NCBI GenBank assembly: GCA_963740315.1
Contig: CAVUDP010000001.1
Coordinates: forward strand, 1,472,001 to 1,536,000
Direction: 5' to 3'
Source: an uncultured cyanobacterium
GTDB taxonomy: Bacteria; Cyanobacteriota; Cyanobacteriia; Cyanobacteriales; Nostocaceae
DNA length: 64,000 nt
Part shown: positions 11,408 to 22,464 of the stretch, in pieces
Layout of the letters: every line of letters starts with the position of its first letter
How positions within the stretch are numbered: position 1 is the first letter of the stretch
Program-made: the position numbers and the translations under genes
Notes under the pieces: model-generated
What the model was told of the DNA's origin: nothing
The model's input: the letters and a program-made list of their open reading frames with translations, nothing else
Database searches by the model: none

Positions 11408-12184
11408 ATGAGCAATATTAATGAGTTGAATTTTTTATCAATGAAAGGCTCACCTATAACGCCTGAATCCATACCAGAAGAGCTACAACGCCGATTGAAT
11501 CTATATCAGGTTTTTGTTAAGTTGTATGAAAATCATGGCAGTATCCTAGAGCAGATTCTTAAATTAGAAAATTTATCCGAATCTTCATTGAAGATAACGC
11601 AGCCCCATTACATACAGGCTGTTGTTGATGGCGAGATAATTTACGTAACGACAAATCTACGTGATGGTAAAAGCCAAAGTTTGCGACAGTCTCAGAATAC
11701 TTGGACTATAGGGCGCGATCGCAACAGCGGAATCCACATCAAGAATAAATATATATCTCGTCGCCATGCTGCGATTCGATACATTGAGCAAGGGTTTTAT
11801 TTAATCGACTTTAATAGTACTAACGGCACTTATATTAATGGCGAACAGATTTATCAACCGACAAAGCTTGAAGATGGAAATGTTATTCAATTAGGTAATA
11901 TCACTTTTACTTTTTTCCTCAATCATAGTTGCTCTGTTTTGCCTAGAGTAGCTGTAGAGTTGTTGATGCAGTTAGTGCCGTCATCAGTTAAGGATACAGA
12001 AACATCAACGTATTATCATAAAACTAAAACTCGAAAGCTTTTGGATAGCGAGTGCATCCAAGAAGAAGATTTAGTTAATAAAACAGCTAAGATGCAGACT
12101 TTAGAAGAGCAATTAAGTCAACAGTGGAAATCCGATATTTTAGAGCGTTTTTATAGTAAGCAACTACCGCTTGATTCTGTTTGA
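11408..12184 (+). CDS. FHA-domain protein
   Basis: IGRD...ISRRHAAI...DFNSTNGTYING...LEDGNVIQLG. Confidence 0.9.
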   Translation: MSNINELNFLSMKGSPITPESIPEELQRRLNLYQVFVKLYENHGSILEQILKLENLSESSLKITQPHYIQAVVDGEIIYVTTNLRDGKSQSLRQSQNTWTIGRDRNSGIHIKNKYISRRHAAIRYIEQGFYLIDFNSTNGTYINGEQIYQPTKLEDGNVIQLGNITFTFFLNHSCSVLPRVAVELLMQLVPSSVKDTETSTYYHKTKTRKLLDSECIQEEDLVNKTAKMQTLEEQLSQQWKSDILERFYSKQLPLDSV

Positions 12185-12325
12185 TAAAGTATTTTAAGGG
12201 TGGAGATGGGATTTTTTTATATCCGATGAAGCTTATATAGTCGTTGGATTGCCAAAAAGATTCATATGTATATTTATGTTTAAATAATTAGCCTACGATC
12301 AAAAAATACGCCTTTAGTAAACATC

Positions 12326-12360
12326 AATAAAGACGGCTAATAGTTCTTAGCCGTCTTATT
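12326..12360. terminator. Hairpin between the convergent FHA gene and recA
   Basis: AAGACGGCTAA ... TTAGCCGTCTT inverted repeat. Confidence 0.55.
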
Positions 12361-12418
12361 TATGAGAAGATATTAAGTCCGGTTAATTACTTATTTTATA
12401 GCTTCTAGATAGCTACCT

Positions 12419-12576
12419 TAGATGATCTTTGAAAAGTATCAATTTTAGAGCAATTCTCGGATTATCTGCCCTTGCTCCCTTAAAAAAGGAGGGTAAAATC
12501 TCCTTAAATTAGCGGGGATTTTAGAGGGATCTAAAAAGTTTCGAGTTACATTAATAGCTTTTCAATCATCCTCTTA
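12419..12576. repeat. MITE-like dispersed repeat with imperfect terminal inverted repeats
   Basis: Left TAGATGATCTTTGAAAAG versus right CTTTTCAATCATCCTCTTA, with internal CCCTT..AAGG(A)GGG hairpins; resembles Nostocales dispersed repeats. Confidence 0.5.
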
Positions 12577-12702
12577 ATGAATACATTTAGAGCTTTAAGA
12601 TATCGTAATAGGTAATTTGTATTTTGCATTACCTATTACTGATTACCTATTACCTAACTTCACAAATAAAATAAGTGGCGATCGCGGACATAATTGACGA
12701 TC

Positions 12703-13797
12703 CTATTCTTCCTCAAATTCTTCTTCATCCTCATCCTCATTCTCATCCTCATCGCTTTGCTGTACCACGGAGTTAGCAGAAACAACAGCACCTAATTCAA
12801 GCTTTTCAAGTACCTTTTGCTTAATTTCTTCAAGCATTTCTGGCTTTTCTTCAAGGTATTTGATGGCGTTATCCCTTCCTTGGGAAATATTATCGCCATT
12901 GTAGCTGTACCAAGCCCCCTTGCGACTAATAACGCTAGTTTCTTCTGCTAAGTCAACAATACAGCCCAAGGTTGAAATACCTTTACCGAAGATAACGTCG
13001 AACTCGGCAATTCTAAAAGGTGGTGCAACTTTATTTTTAGCAACTTTGACTTTAACGCGGATACCGAATTCTTCTGTACCTTTTTTTAAAGTTTGAATGC
13101 GTCGAATATCTAAACGCACTGAAGAGTAATATTTTAAAGCGTTACCACCAGTAGTTGTTTCTGGATTACCATAGCTGACACCAATTTTCATCCGCAACTG
13201 GTTGATAAACATGACCGTGCAGCCAGATTTACCAATATTACCAGTAATTTTACGCAAAGCTTGGCTCATCAATCGTGCTTGAAGCCCGACGTGGGTATCG
13301 CCCATATCGCCTTCAATTTCTGCGCGGGGAACTAGTGCCGCTACCGAGTCAATCACCACGATGTCAACCGCAGCAGAACGCACTAATTGATCGACGATTT
13401 CTAAAGCAGATTCTCCGGTGTCTGGTTGGGAGATTAACAAGTTTGCAATATCCACACCCAAAGCCGCAGCATAGGTAGGATCGAGAGCGTGTTCTGCGTC
13501 TACATAAGCGGCAATTCCGCCTTGTTTTTGCACTTCAGCTACCGCGTGCAGCGCTACCGTTGTTTTACCAGAACTTTCCGGACCATAAATTTCGACTACC
13601 CGTCCCTTTGGTAAACCGCCACCTAATGCTAAATCCAAGGTAAGTGCGCCCGAAGAAATGGTTTCAACACGCATCCGGGTTGCATCCCCAAGACGCATGA
13701 TTGTACCTTTACCAAAAGTTTTCTCTATTTGGTTAAGCACCATGTTGAGCGCTTTTTGCTTGCCTGCATTTTCTTTACTATCTGTGTTAACCGCCAT
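12703..13797 (-). CDS. recA: Recombinase A
   Basis: [46 protein letters not shown]. Confidence 0.99.
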   Translation of the reverse strand: MAVNTDSKENAGKQKALNMVLNQIEKTFGKGTIMRLGDATRMRVETISSGALTLDLALGGGLPKGRVVEIYGPESSGKTTVALHAVAEVQKQGGIAAYVDAEHALDPTYAAALGVDIANLLISQPDTGESALEIVDQLVRSAAVDIVVIDSVAALVPRAEIEGDMGDTHVGLQARLMSQALRKITGNIGKSGCTVMFINQLRMKIGVSYGNPETTTGGNALKYYSSVRLDIRRIQTLKKGTEEFGIRVKVKVAKNKVAPPFRIAEFDVIFGKGISTLGCIVDLAEETSVISRKGAWYSYNGDNISQGRDNAIKYLEEKPEMLEEIKQKVLEKLELGAVVSANSVVQQSDEDENEDEDEEEFEEE

Positions 13798-13848
13798 TTG
13801 AGCCTCTAAAATATATTGATTGGGGGTATAAGGTTTGATAATCTTAAT

Positions 13849-13862
13849 AGAACAGATATACT
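13849..13862 (-). promoter_or_regulatory. Cyanobacterial LexA box upstream of recA
   Basis: AGTATATCTGTTCT on the minus strand, one mismatch to AGTAC-N4-GTWCT, about 50 bp upstream of recA. Confidence 0.75.
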
Positions 13863-14059
13863 ATCATGCCATCTTAGCACTACCGAACGTTATATAGTTT
13901 AGCTAGATATTCTCTTTTCTATTAGAGTGGATAGCTCGACTTGCCATCGTCGAATAAATTTTTACTCGTCTAAGCTAGGCAGTCAGGCGATACACGATTG
14001 TTGAAAACATTCATTAATTAAGATTGTATTCCGAATTATCCAATAATTATCTAATTTTA

Positions 14060-14307
14060 GTTATTCATCGGGTTGCGATCGCCGTTGCAGAACAATTTAT
14101 CATCAGGGCTTCCCAAATATGTAAACGATTCCCGATTAAATCAATCATCTGTTTTGACGTATGACTGTGGATTGCCACCGGCGTTAATCTAACCAAGACA
14201 TGGCTGCCTAAAAATCTCGTCTGTGGAAATTATAGGTATATTAAAGTGTCTGGTATGAACGTGCTTGGGTACTTTTACCCGAACCGTAACCCCCTAAAAC
14301 CAAACAT
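14060..14307 (-). pseudogene. Degraded adenylate kinase-like gene
   Basis: Minus-strand fragments in shifting frames: LVLGGYGSGKSTQA (P-loop), RHFNIPIISTDEIFRQ, QSYVKT, MIDLIGNRL; interrupted by stops and deletions. The left boundary is approximate. Confidence 0.65.
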
Positions 14308-14687
14308 TTTATAATATAATCAACTCCTTTAGCTATCATTATATTCACTTGACTTGATTCCATCGGTTACGTTAAGAGACAGCGCGTCTGGCGATCGCCT
14401 TCCATAATTAAGATTTTAAGAATATCATAGCTATTTTTTAAGCTTTATTAATAAATTTTATTCTGGTATAAAAGACGTTTTGTTTTTTACCGCCTCTTGC
14501 TTTTCAGACAATATAAATATAAATTTTAATAGCTATTGACTTAAGTACAAACGTAATGGTTGACTAAGAATGCGAGCAAGTTAAATTACTATATATCCTT
14601 GTTATCGAGCTTAATTAATATGTAAATTTGCGAGATATTGCCTCAGCGAAATTACTAAATCTACCGTGTTTATTTTTACATTAATTT

Positions 14688-15221
14688 ATGGTTGCTCAGT
14701 TAGAAAAGAGTGTAAATTCGACAGTTAGTTCATCACATACAATCAAAGGATTAGTACAAGTTTTTACTAGTTCTTACCGTAGTTTTTTTACTAGCGTCAT
14801 GGCGCAAGCACTGAGAATTGCCGGTCAAGGTACGCCGGTATTGATAGTGCAATTTCTCAAAGGTGGTATTCATCAGGGACAAAATAATCCCATTGTGTTG
14901 GGACAAAATTTGAATTGGATTCGTTGTGACTTACCGCGTTGCATCGACACACCCCACTTAGATGAGGCTGAAACCGAAGCATTACATTCATTGTGGCAGC
15001 ATACACTGAGTGTAGTAAGTGAAGGTAAGTATTCTTTGGTTGTATTAGACGAGTTAAGTTTAGCAATGAACTTTGGTTTAATTCCTGAATCAGAAGTTTT
15101 AGAATTTCTAACCAACCGTCCCCAAAGCGTTGATATTATTCTTACTGGAGCGGAGATGCCTAAATCTATTTTGGATTTAGCTGACGAAATTACAGAAATT
15201 CGTCGCCCAAATCGGTTGTAA
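14688..15221 (+). CDS. CobO/BtuR-like corrinoid adenosyltransferase-family protein with degenerate P-loop
   Basis: GLVQVFT, ALRIAGQG..VLIVQFLKG, LVVLDEL, DIILTG, LADEITEIR; the canonical GKGKT is absent. Confidence 0.8.
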   Translation: MVAQLEKSVNSTVSSSHTIKGLVQVFTSSYRSFFTSVMAQALRIAGQGTPVLIVQFLKGGIHQGQNNPIVLGQNLNWIRCDLPRCIDTPHLDEAETEALHSLWQHTLSVVSEGKYSLVVLDELSLAMNFGLIPESEVLEFLTNRPQSVDIILTGAEMPKSILDLADEITEIRRPNRL

Positions 15222-15228
15222 AAGAGGC

Positions 15229-15366
15229 TGGGGAGATGGGGTTCGGGGGAGATGGGGTTCGGGGGAGATGGGGTTCGGGGGAGACAAGGGGATGGGGAGA
15301 CAAGGAGATGGGGAGACAAGGGGACAAATAACTACTAACTGCTAACTGCTAACTGCTAACTGCTAA
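15229..15366. repeat. Short tandem repeats (GGGGGAGATGGGGTTC x3, GGGGAGACAA variants, CTAACTG heptamers)
   Basis: Directly visible tandem repeats of the kind common in Nostocales intergenic DNA. Confidence 0.85.
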
Positions 15367-15426
15367 ATATTCTCCTGGAAGCCATTTTGCGGTATGTTAA
15401 TAAATTTATTTGAATTATTTTAGTCT

Positions 15427-16026
15427 GTGATTAAAAACGATATCTGGATTTCTCAAATGGCTCAAAAGGATATGATTGCTCCTTTTGAAGCTAGCTTAAT
15501 TCGAGAGGTTAACCGCCACGAAGGTAGTTTACCGCGCCGCGTTATTAGTTATGGTTTGTCTTCCTACGGTTACGATATACGCCTTTCTCCAACGGAGTTT
15601 CGTATATTTCGACATATTCCGGGAACTGTAGTAGATCCGAAAAATTTTAATCCGCAAAATTTAGAACCAACACCGCTACATTCCTCTGATGCTGGCGACT
15701 ACTTTATCTTACCTGCTCACTCTTATGGTTTAGGTGTTGCTTTGGAAAGATTACAAGTACCAGATAATATTTCGGTTATTTGCATTGGTAAATCCACTTA
15801 TGCAAGATGTGGGATTATTGCTAATCTTACGCCTGCTGAAGCTGCATGGAGAGGTCATTTAACCTTAGAATTTTCTAATTCTTCGAGTGCGGATTGTCGT
15901 ATTTACGCTAATGAAGGTGTAGTACAGTTATTATTCTTGGAAGGGGAACCCTGTGCTATTAGTTACGAAGCTCGTCAAGGTAAATACCAAGATCAACCTG
16001 AAAGAGTAACCATAGCAAGAATATGA
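15427..16026 (+). CDS. dcd: dCTP deaminase
   Basis: SYGLSSYGYDIRL, GKSTYARCGII, LTLEFSN, YANEGVVQ, KYQDQ. Confidence 0.95.
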   Translation: MIKNDIWISQMAQKDMIAPFEASLIREVNRHEGSLPRRVISYGLSSYGYDIRLSPTEFRIFRHIPGTVVDPKNFNPQNLEPTPLHSSDAGDYFILPAHSYGLGVALERLQVPDNISVICIGKSTYARCGIIANLTPAEAAWRGHLTLEFSNSSSADCRIYANEGVVQLLFLEGEPCAISYEARQGKYQDQPERVTIARI

Positions 16027-16041
16027 ATTAATTATCAATGA

Positions 16042-16764
16042 TTATGGTGCCAATCTTGCTTTAGCCAATCGATTAGATTTGTACCATTCTGCTATGGCTG
16101 GAACCCAATTTTCAAAGTGAATTAGCATCGATTCACACAGCTTTTGGATTTCAAGTTGAGCGTCTTTTTTGTTTCTCATATCTAAGAAATGCATTAAAGA
16201 CCTTAAGTTGAAACTAACTATAAAATGCTGGCGGTAGTCAAATGGCATTTTACCTCTAATATGTTCCTCGGAAATGCCGTTGTCAAAATCGGTTTTGTAT
16301 CGTTTAACCGCTTCCGTACACCAGTTTAAATCAGCTTCTCTTTGTTCGGGTGAATAGTAATATTTCTTACCTTGACGATTTGTATAATAACCCACGGGAC
16401 GTAGATAAAAAACATCTTCTATATCTTTTTCCCCTTCTGCTACTTTAATAAATTGTTCTGAAGTATATCTAAAAGATTGAACGTCAAAGGATACGCTGAT
16501 ACGATGAGTACGCGCTTGTTGCATGACGCTGTGAGGAAAATAGCCGCAATTAAAGACGATTTGAGGATGTTCCAAAGGACCGTAATGCCCTCTTTCACCT
16601 GCTAATAGACGCTTAACTATAATTTCACCACATTTTGATTCTGAGGGGAATGTGTCGCGTTCATCATACACAAATCTATCGGTGTAGTCTTGATGCATTG
16701 CAGCATAAATAACTTGCTGGGGGTTAAGCGTTTTTGTAATAACTTCTACTCGAAATCGATTCAT
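16042..16764 (-). CDS. thyX: FAD-dependent thymidylate synthase
   Basis: GHYGPLEH, QQARTHRISVSFDVQSFRY, NLRSLMHFLDMR, AQLEIQ. Confidence 0.95.
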   Translation of the reverse strand: MNRFRVEVITKTLNPQQVIYAAMHQDYTDRFVYDERDTFPSESKCGEIIVKRLLAGERGHYGPLEHPQIVFNCGYFPHSVMQQARTHRISVSFDVQSFRYTSEQFIKVAEGEKDIEDVFYLRPVGYYTNRQGKKYYYSPEQREADLNWCTEAVKRYKTDFDNGISEEHIRGKMPFDYRQHFIVSFNLRSLMHFLDMRNKKDAQLEIQKLCESMLIHFENWVPAIAEWYKSNRLAKARLAP

Positions 16765-16774
16765 GTTTTAGTTA

Positions 16775-16800
16775 GGGCATTGGGCATTGGGCATTGGGAA
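16775..16800. repeat. STRR heptamer (GGGCATT)x3
   Basis: gggcattgggcattgggcattggg. Confidence 0.8.
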
Positions 16801-16889
16801 AGACTAAATATTTACTTTTTCATCCTTTATGCTTCATTCTTTAAGATAGCTGAAAATATGGTTTTTTGAACCAAGGTGTAAGAAAAATT

Positions 16890-17471
16890 ATGGCTTTAAC
16901 TGCTTCAACGATGTTGTCTTTGGGAACGAAGGCTCCGGATTTTCAACTACCTGATGTGGTATCTGGGGAGACTATTTCTCTCTCTACGTTTACGGGTAAA
17001 AAAGCTTTGCTGGTGATGTTTATTTGCCGTCACTGTCCGTTTGTAAAGCACGTAGAATCAGAATTAGCTCAATTAGGAAAAGATTATTTTCAAAGCGATT
17101 TAGGGATTGTTGCTATTAGTGCAAATGATGTAAAAAATTACCCCGATGATGCGCCAGATTTATTAAAAACGATGGCGACAGAATTAGATTTCAAGTTTCC
17201 TTTGTGTTATGACGAAACTCAGGAAACAGCAAAGATTTATACCGCTGCTTGTACTCCAGATTTCTTTCTATTTGATGGCGATCGCAAACTATTTTATCGC
17301 GGACAATTAGATGATAGTCGTCCGAGTAATGGTAAACCAGTAACGGGTAAAGATTTACGCAATGCGATCGATACCGTACTGGCTGGTAAGTCTTTAATTG
17401 AGGAACAAAAGCCGAGTATTGGTTGCAATATTAAATGGAAACCAGGTTCGGAACCGGATTATTTTGGTTAG
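16890..17471 (+). CDS. Thioredoxin-fold redoxin (AhpC/TSA-like) protein
   Basis: APDFQLPD, FICRHCPFV, ACTPDFFLFD, YRGQLDDSRP, PSIGCNIKW; ATG at 16890. Confidence 0.9.
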   Translation: MALTASTMLSLGTKAPDFQLPDVVSGETISLSTFTGKKALLVMFICRHCPFVKHVESELAQLGKDYFQSDLGIVAISANDVKNYPDDAPDLLKTMATELDFKFPLCYDETQETAKIYTAACTPDFFLFDGDRKLFYRGQLDDSRPSNGKPVTGKDLRNAIDTVLAGKSLIEEQKPSIGCNIKWKPGSEPDYFG

Positions 17472-17520
17472 GAGTTAGGAATTAAGAGTTAGGAGTTCTC
17501 AACTAACAACTAACAACTAA

Positions 17521-18033
17521 TTAATTCTGAATTTCTAAATTGAGGATGTAATTTCCTAGCTGAACTTTACCAGCCCATAATTCGTATTCTACTCGTAGGT
17601 GTTCTGGTAAAGGATTTGCGCTCAAAGTCAGATTACGAGTAAAATTTCTGAGGCGGATTGGGTGATTATTTTGCAATGACTCATTGGGTAGCCAGTAACG
17701 ACTCGTACCGTAAACTCCTTTTTCCCAAAAATGACGGTAACTCAAGTGTGGATTGCCTTGCATTGTCATAATGACTCTAAAAGGCGATATTTCTAACCAT
17801 AAAATTCTGGGACTTCCTGAAAGGCGAGGATTGGTTTTGGCAGGTGTGAGGAAGGGATTTTGCGGATTTTGGATTGCTTCTTGACAAGTTTTTATCGGTG
17901 GTGCATTCAATAACAGGTGAAAGCGCTGGCTATCTTTTTGATATAAAGTAGCAGCAGCTTCTACAACAGACTGGACTGGTAAATCTGTTGAAATTATGGA
18001 TAAGCAAACGGGTTTGCGTTGATGAGTCAGCAT
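17521..18033 (-). CDS. Hypothetical protein
   Basis: 170-aa ORF with ATG start that fills the gap between the redoxin gene and aroA; no recognisable motif. Confidence 0.7.
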   Translation of the reverse strand: MLTHQRKPVCLSIISTDLPVQSVVEAAATLYQKDSQRFHLLLNAPPIKTCQEAIQNPQNPFLTPAKTNPRLSGSPRILWLEISPFRVIMTMQGNPHLSYRHFWEKGVYGTSRYWLPNESLQNNHPIRLRNFTRNLTLSANPLPEHLRVEYELWAGKVQLGNYILNLEIQN

Positions 18034-18187
18034 GGTTCGGATAAATTCGAGAAGCTATTGGATAAAATCAAACAATGTTGGTGTTAGGTGTGCGGAGTTT
18101 AGCGGTACGATACTAGCGAGGAAGTTTATACATAAAACTTTTGTTTTTATATAACTTTCCCGTACAGTCACACGCTAGTTTATCCTA

Positions 18188-19534
18188 ATGTCGGCTTCTG
18201 TTATAACCGTAGAAACTAAACAAAACCGGACCCACAAGTTGGTTGTTAAACGACCAACTTCGGGACTATCTTTAAATGGTAAAATTCGAGTCCCTGGTGA
18301 TAAATCTATCTCCCATCGGGCGTTGATGCTGGGCGCACTTGCGAACGGTGAAACCCGTATCGAAGGATTGCTTTTGGGAGAAGATCCCCGCAGTACGGCT
18401 AGCTGTTTCCGAGCGATGGGAGCAGAAGTTTCGGATTTGAATACAGAATTGGTAAAGGTTAAGGGAATTGGTTTGGGTAACTTACTCGAACCTGTTGATT
18501 TCTTAGATGCTGGCAATTCTGGTACCACGCTGCGACTAATGTTAGGAATTTTGGCATCCCATGAGGGACGTTTTTTCACCGTTACCGGAGATAATTCCTT
18601 ACGATCGCGTCCTATGTCTCGTGTTGTTAAACCTTTACAACAGATGGGAGCGCAAATTTGGGGAAGAGATAATAATCGATTAGCACCCTTGGCGGTTTGC
18701 GGACAAAACCTCAAACCTATTCACTACCATTCTCCTATAGCTTCGGCTCAAGTGAAATCTTGTATCTTACTGGCTGGTTTATCGATTGAAGGTAAAACTA
18801 CCGTAACCGAACCAGCGCTGTCTCGCGATCATAGCGAACGAATGTTACAAGCCTTTGGCGCAAAATTAGATATTGATACCCAAACTCATACCGTTAGTGT
18901 TAACGGTCCGGCGAAACTATACGGACAAACCGTAGTTGTACCGGGAGATATAAGTTCGGCAGCTTTTTGGTTGGTAGCTGGTGCAATTGTATCAGATTCG
19001 GAGTTGCTGATTGAGAATGTTGGTGTTAATCCTACTCGCACTGGTGTTTTAGAAGCCTTGGAGATGATGGGGGCTGATGTTACACGAGAAAACGAAAGGG
19101 AAGTTGCGGGGGAACCTGTAGCGGATTTGAGGGTACGCTCTAGTAAACTCAAAGGCTGCACCATCGAAGGAGATATCATACCTCGGTTGATTGACGAAAT
19201 TCCTATCTTAGCTGTGGCAGCAGTATTTGCCGAAGGTACTACTGTAATAAAAGATGCCGCAGAACTGCGAGTTAAAGAGAGCGATCGCATTACTGCAATG
19301 GCAGACCAACTAAACTCAATGGGCGCAAAAGTAACCGAGTTACCCGACGGTATGGAAATTACTGGCGGTACCCCCCTTACTGGTAAAGAACTTGACAGCT
19401 TTACCGACCATCGCATTGCTATGAGTTTGGCGATCGCTGCTTTGAATGCATCTGGTTCGACTACCATCAACCGTGCGGAAGCAGCATCGGTTTCTTATCC
19501 AACTTTCTTTGATACTCTCAAAGCAATTATTTAA
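18188..19534 (+). CDS. aroA: 3-phosphoshikimate 1-carboxyvinyltransferase
   Basis: [45 protein letters not shown]. Confidence 0.98.
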   Translation: MSASVITVETKQNRTHKLVVKRPTSGLSLNGKIRVPGDKSISHRALMLGALANGETRIEGLLLGEDPRSTASCFRAMGAEVSDLNTELVKVKGIGLGNLLEPVDFLDAGNSGTTLRLMLGILASHEGRFFTVTGDNSLRSRPMSRVVKPLQQMGAQIWGRDNNRLAPLAVCGQNLKPIHYHSPIASAQVKSCILLAGLSIEGKTTVTEPALSRDHSERMLQAFGAKLDIDTQTHTVSVNGPAKLYGQTVVVPGDISSAAFWLVAGAIVSDSELLIENVGVNPTRTGVLEALEMMGADVTRENEREVAGEPVADLRVRSSKLKGCTIEGDIIPRLIDEIPILAVAAVFAEGTTVIKDAAELRVKESDRITAMADQLNSMGAKVTELPDGMEITGGTPLTGKELDSFTDHRIAMSLAIAALNASGSTTINRAEAASVSYPTFFDTLKAII

Positions 19535-19656
19535 TTAAGTTGTAATAATTCTGTAACAATTCTTATCCTCAGTATTCACCGAGGTTAAGAATTTTTTTTA
19601 AATAAGGAATTGGCGATCGCTGTGATTTTATTTACAACCGCGTCAAATATCCTCGA

Positions 19657-20640
19657 TCAACCTCCAATTTGTGACATGGTACGGTTGTAACCGCTTGTTC
19701 CCTTATCTCGCTCTTTAAAATTAATCTCCTCTTTGAGACAAAGTAAATTTCTGACTTGTTCTTTTAATTGATAACAATCAACCCCATTCCTTAAAGCATC
19801 TTTTAAATTAATTTGACCAGTTTCATTTAACAAACAAGGGCGCAGCCAACCATCAGCAGATAAACGGATGCGGTTGCATTTGTCGCAAAAACATTCTGAC
19901 ATTTGCGAAATAAATCCTAAAGTACCTTTGGCACCAGGAATTTTAAAAACGTCTGCCGGACCATTTCCTTTTATATTAGATTCAATTAAGCCAAACTTTT
20001 GCGAAATACTCTGACGTAATTGGCACGAAGGAATCCAGGCAGATTCGTCAAATAATTTACTATTACCAATCGGCATAAATTCAATAAAACGAACGTGCCA
20101 ATTACGCTCAATAGTCAAAGCAGCTAAATCGAGAATTTCCGAGTCATTTACACCTCGAATAATTACCACATTCAGCTTTAAAGGATTGAAACCCACCGAA
20201 TAAGCTGTTTGAATTCCTTGCCAAGTTTGCTCCCAGCGTGACTTTCCCCCATTACCAATCATTTTGTCAAAAATTTCTGGATTAAGCGAATCAAGACTAA
20301 TATTAATACGTCGCAAGCCAGCTTCAAAAAGTGGTTTTGCTAGCTTTTCTAACAAAAATCCATTAGTTGTCATTGCTAAATCATCACATTGAGGTAATGT
20401 TGCAACTTCTTTAACAAAATCAACTATCCCCGGACGTAACAATGGTTCCCCTCCGGTAAGACGGAATTTAGTAAATCCTAATGGAATAAAGACTTCTTTT
20501 AGTAGAGTTAATAACTCCTGATAATTTAGTAATTCCTGTTGTAAAAGATAATCGAGTTTCGCGCCTTCAGGAACGCAATAATGGCAGCGAAAGTTACAGC
20601 GGTCTATTAAACTTATACGCAAATAATCTACTTTATTCAT
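19657..20640 (-). CDS. moaA: GTP 3',8-cyclase (molybdenum cofactor biosynthesis)
   Basis: CNFRCHYC radical-SAM motif, [19 protein letters not shown]-terminal MSQIGG. Confidence 0.97.
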   Translation of the reverse strand: MNKVDYLRISLIDRCNFRCHYCVPEGAKLDYLLQQELLNYQELLTLLKEVFIPLGFTKFRLTGGEPLLRPGIVDFVKEVATLPQCDDLAMTTNGFLLEKLAKPLFEAGLRRINISLDSLNPEIFDKMIGNGGKSRWEQTWQGIQTAYSVGFNPLKLNVVIIRGVNDSEILDLAALTIERNWHVRFIEFMPIGNSKLFDESAWIPSCQLRQSISQKFGLIESNIKGNGPADVFKIPGAKGTLGFISQMSECFCDKCNRIRLSADGWLRPCLLNETGQINLKDALRNGVDCYQLKEQVRNLLCLKEEINFKERDKGTSGYNRTMSQIGG

Positions 20641-20928
20641 ATATTTATTTTAACCATATCCGAGTTTTTAAAGTCAAACGAGCGCGGCTAGCGTTCCATG
20701 TAGGCTTACTTATAATGTGCCGCCATAACGCCATCAATATGCGATCGCGCTATTTAATTTCATAACTAAATTCCAAGAAAGCTACAGTAAAAAAGTCATA
20801 ATGTTCGTTATAGTAACCAAAAAACGACCAAAAAAATATTTTCAAATCAGTTTTTGATAGTTATCTAAGTCGATCGGCTTTTGCAAAGGGCAGAGGATAG
20901 CAAATTAGGACGAAAAATCTCAACAGTT

Positions 20929-22149
20929 TTAAGTTCTTCCCGATATTTTTTGAATTTGCCCTTTGAAATCATCCGTTTCGGAACCTAATTGCTGTGCTAA
21001 TTCTAGTCCTTTTTGAAAAGCTGTAAGTGCTAACTGATTTTCCTGGCGCTGCAAATGAATTTTACCTATTTGCTCGTAAGCATTCATCATTCCGTAATAA
21101 TTAGAAGCTTGTTGTTCTGCTTGTAATAAAATCTGAGAGGTTTGCAAAGCATCTTCTGTTTGACCTTCTTTGACATATAATGAAACTAACTTTTGTAAAG
21201 CTTCTGCCGCACGCACGTATTGTTGTATTTCCCAGGACATAGTATAAGCTTCTTGATAATTTTGAAAAGCTTCATCTAACAACGCAGGGTTTTCAAGAGC
21301 CAAAACTTCGTAATCTGAACCTATTGCTAACTTTAATCCTGCTAACTGCGCGATATCATTTCGTTGGCGATAAACTAATAATAATTTTCTACGTACATCT
21401 ATTGCTTTTTGATGTTGTTTTGTACGGTCATAAATGTAGGCTAAATCTTTTAAAGATTCTTCAATATCGTTATTATTAGAAACCTTATTTAGTAATTCTT
21501 CATAAGTCGTTGCTGCTGCTGGATAATCGAACCAACTAAGATGAATATTACCAATAGTTTTCAGCGTGGTTATCTCCCCCGCAATATCCGAATTCCCCCG
21601 GTAAATTATCAAAACTTGGTTGTAAGCTTCCACGGCGAAAGATGGCGATCGCACTTGACGGTAAGCTTCTCCTATTGCCTGTAATACTTGTAAATCGGGT
21701 GTTTGCTCTTGTTGAACTTGTTTTTGAATTGTCTGCAATCGCTCGGTAATATACCTGATTTGCTGCCGATTATTTTTAGTGTAAGCCACTTCACCAACCC
21801 GCTGTAGCGCTTCAATTTCTGCCAAAGTACCCAAATAGCGACGCAAGCGTAATTCCCGATTCCAAATTGTAAATGCTCCTTGGGTATCTCCTGCTAGCAG
21901 TTTTGCGGTTGCTTCAGCATTTAGTCGATCTAAAGCTGCTGACAAAGAACGCTTTTCTTCAAGACTTAACGGTTGCCGATCCCCAGAAGCCGGTAGTAAC
22001 GGGTCGGGTATGGTAATCTCTAATGGATTGGGTGGAAATTCTTTCGGTGGTTTGGGCTTTTTCTCTTTAGCTAACGTCAGCGAAGTGCAAAGCAAACAAA
22101 TTGTAATAGACGTAGTAATTGTAATACTCAAGCGTTGTATATTTAACAT
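20929..22149 (-). CDS. Exported TPR-repeat protein
   Basis: Signal-peptide-like N-terminus and repeated helical TPR-like motifs. Confidence 0.8.
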   Translation of the reverse strand: MLNIQRLSITITTSITICLLCTSLTLAKEKKPKPPKEFPPNPLEITIPDPLLPASGDRQPLSLEEKRSLSAALDRLNAEATAKLLAGDTQGAFTIWNRELRLRRYLGTLAEIEALQRVGEVAYTKNNRQQIRYITERLQTIQKQVQQEQTPDLQVLQAIGEAYRQVRSPSFAVEAYNQVLIIYRGNSDIAGEITTLKTIGNIHLSWFDYPAAATTYEELLNKVSNNNDIEESLKDLAYIYDRTKQHQKAIDVRRKLLLVYRQRNDIAQLAGLKLAIGSDYEVLALENPALLDEAFQNYQEAYTMSWEIQQYVRAAEALQKLVSLYVKEGQTEDALQTSQILLQAEQQASNYYGMMNAYEQIGKIHLQRQENQLALTAFQKGLELAQQLGSETDDFKGQIQKISGRT

Positions 22150-22464
22150 TTTCTTTTTTAAGGATTAGGAATTATGGAATAGGGCATAAGAAATTATAAG
22201 TGACGAATATCCCCTATTATTTGCTCCATGAATATATCAGTTACGTTGAAAGCTTAACTTCTGTAGAGCTAAGTTATTAGTAATTTGCGCTGTTTCGATC
22301 GTACACAATCAAATTTATGGAAAAAATCGATAGGGTTTGGTAATCGAGTGTAATGTTGGCAGAAAAAAACTTGTTTAAAATTCATTACATCTAGCTAAAC
22401 AAGCGGTAACTTAGTTTAGTAATATAACCTTATCTAAAAAATCATCCAAAATACATTCTATATA

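Noticed and set aside
14857..15319. Minus-strand ORFs of 69 and 148 aa
   Set aside because: Shadow of the CobO-like gene plus a Pro-rich translation of tandem repeats.
18175..19470. Minus-strand ORFs of 179 and 194 aa (and similar shadow ORFs elsewhere, e.g. 60694, 61375, 63197, 63309)
   Set aside because: Antisense to well-supported genes (aroA, the polymerase ORF).
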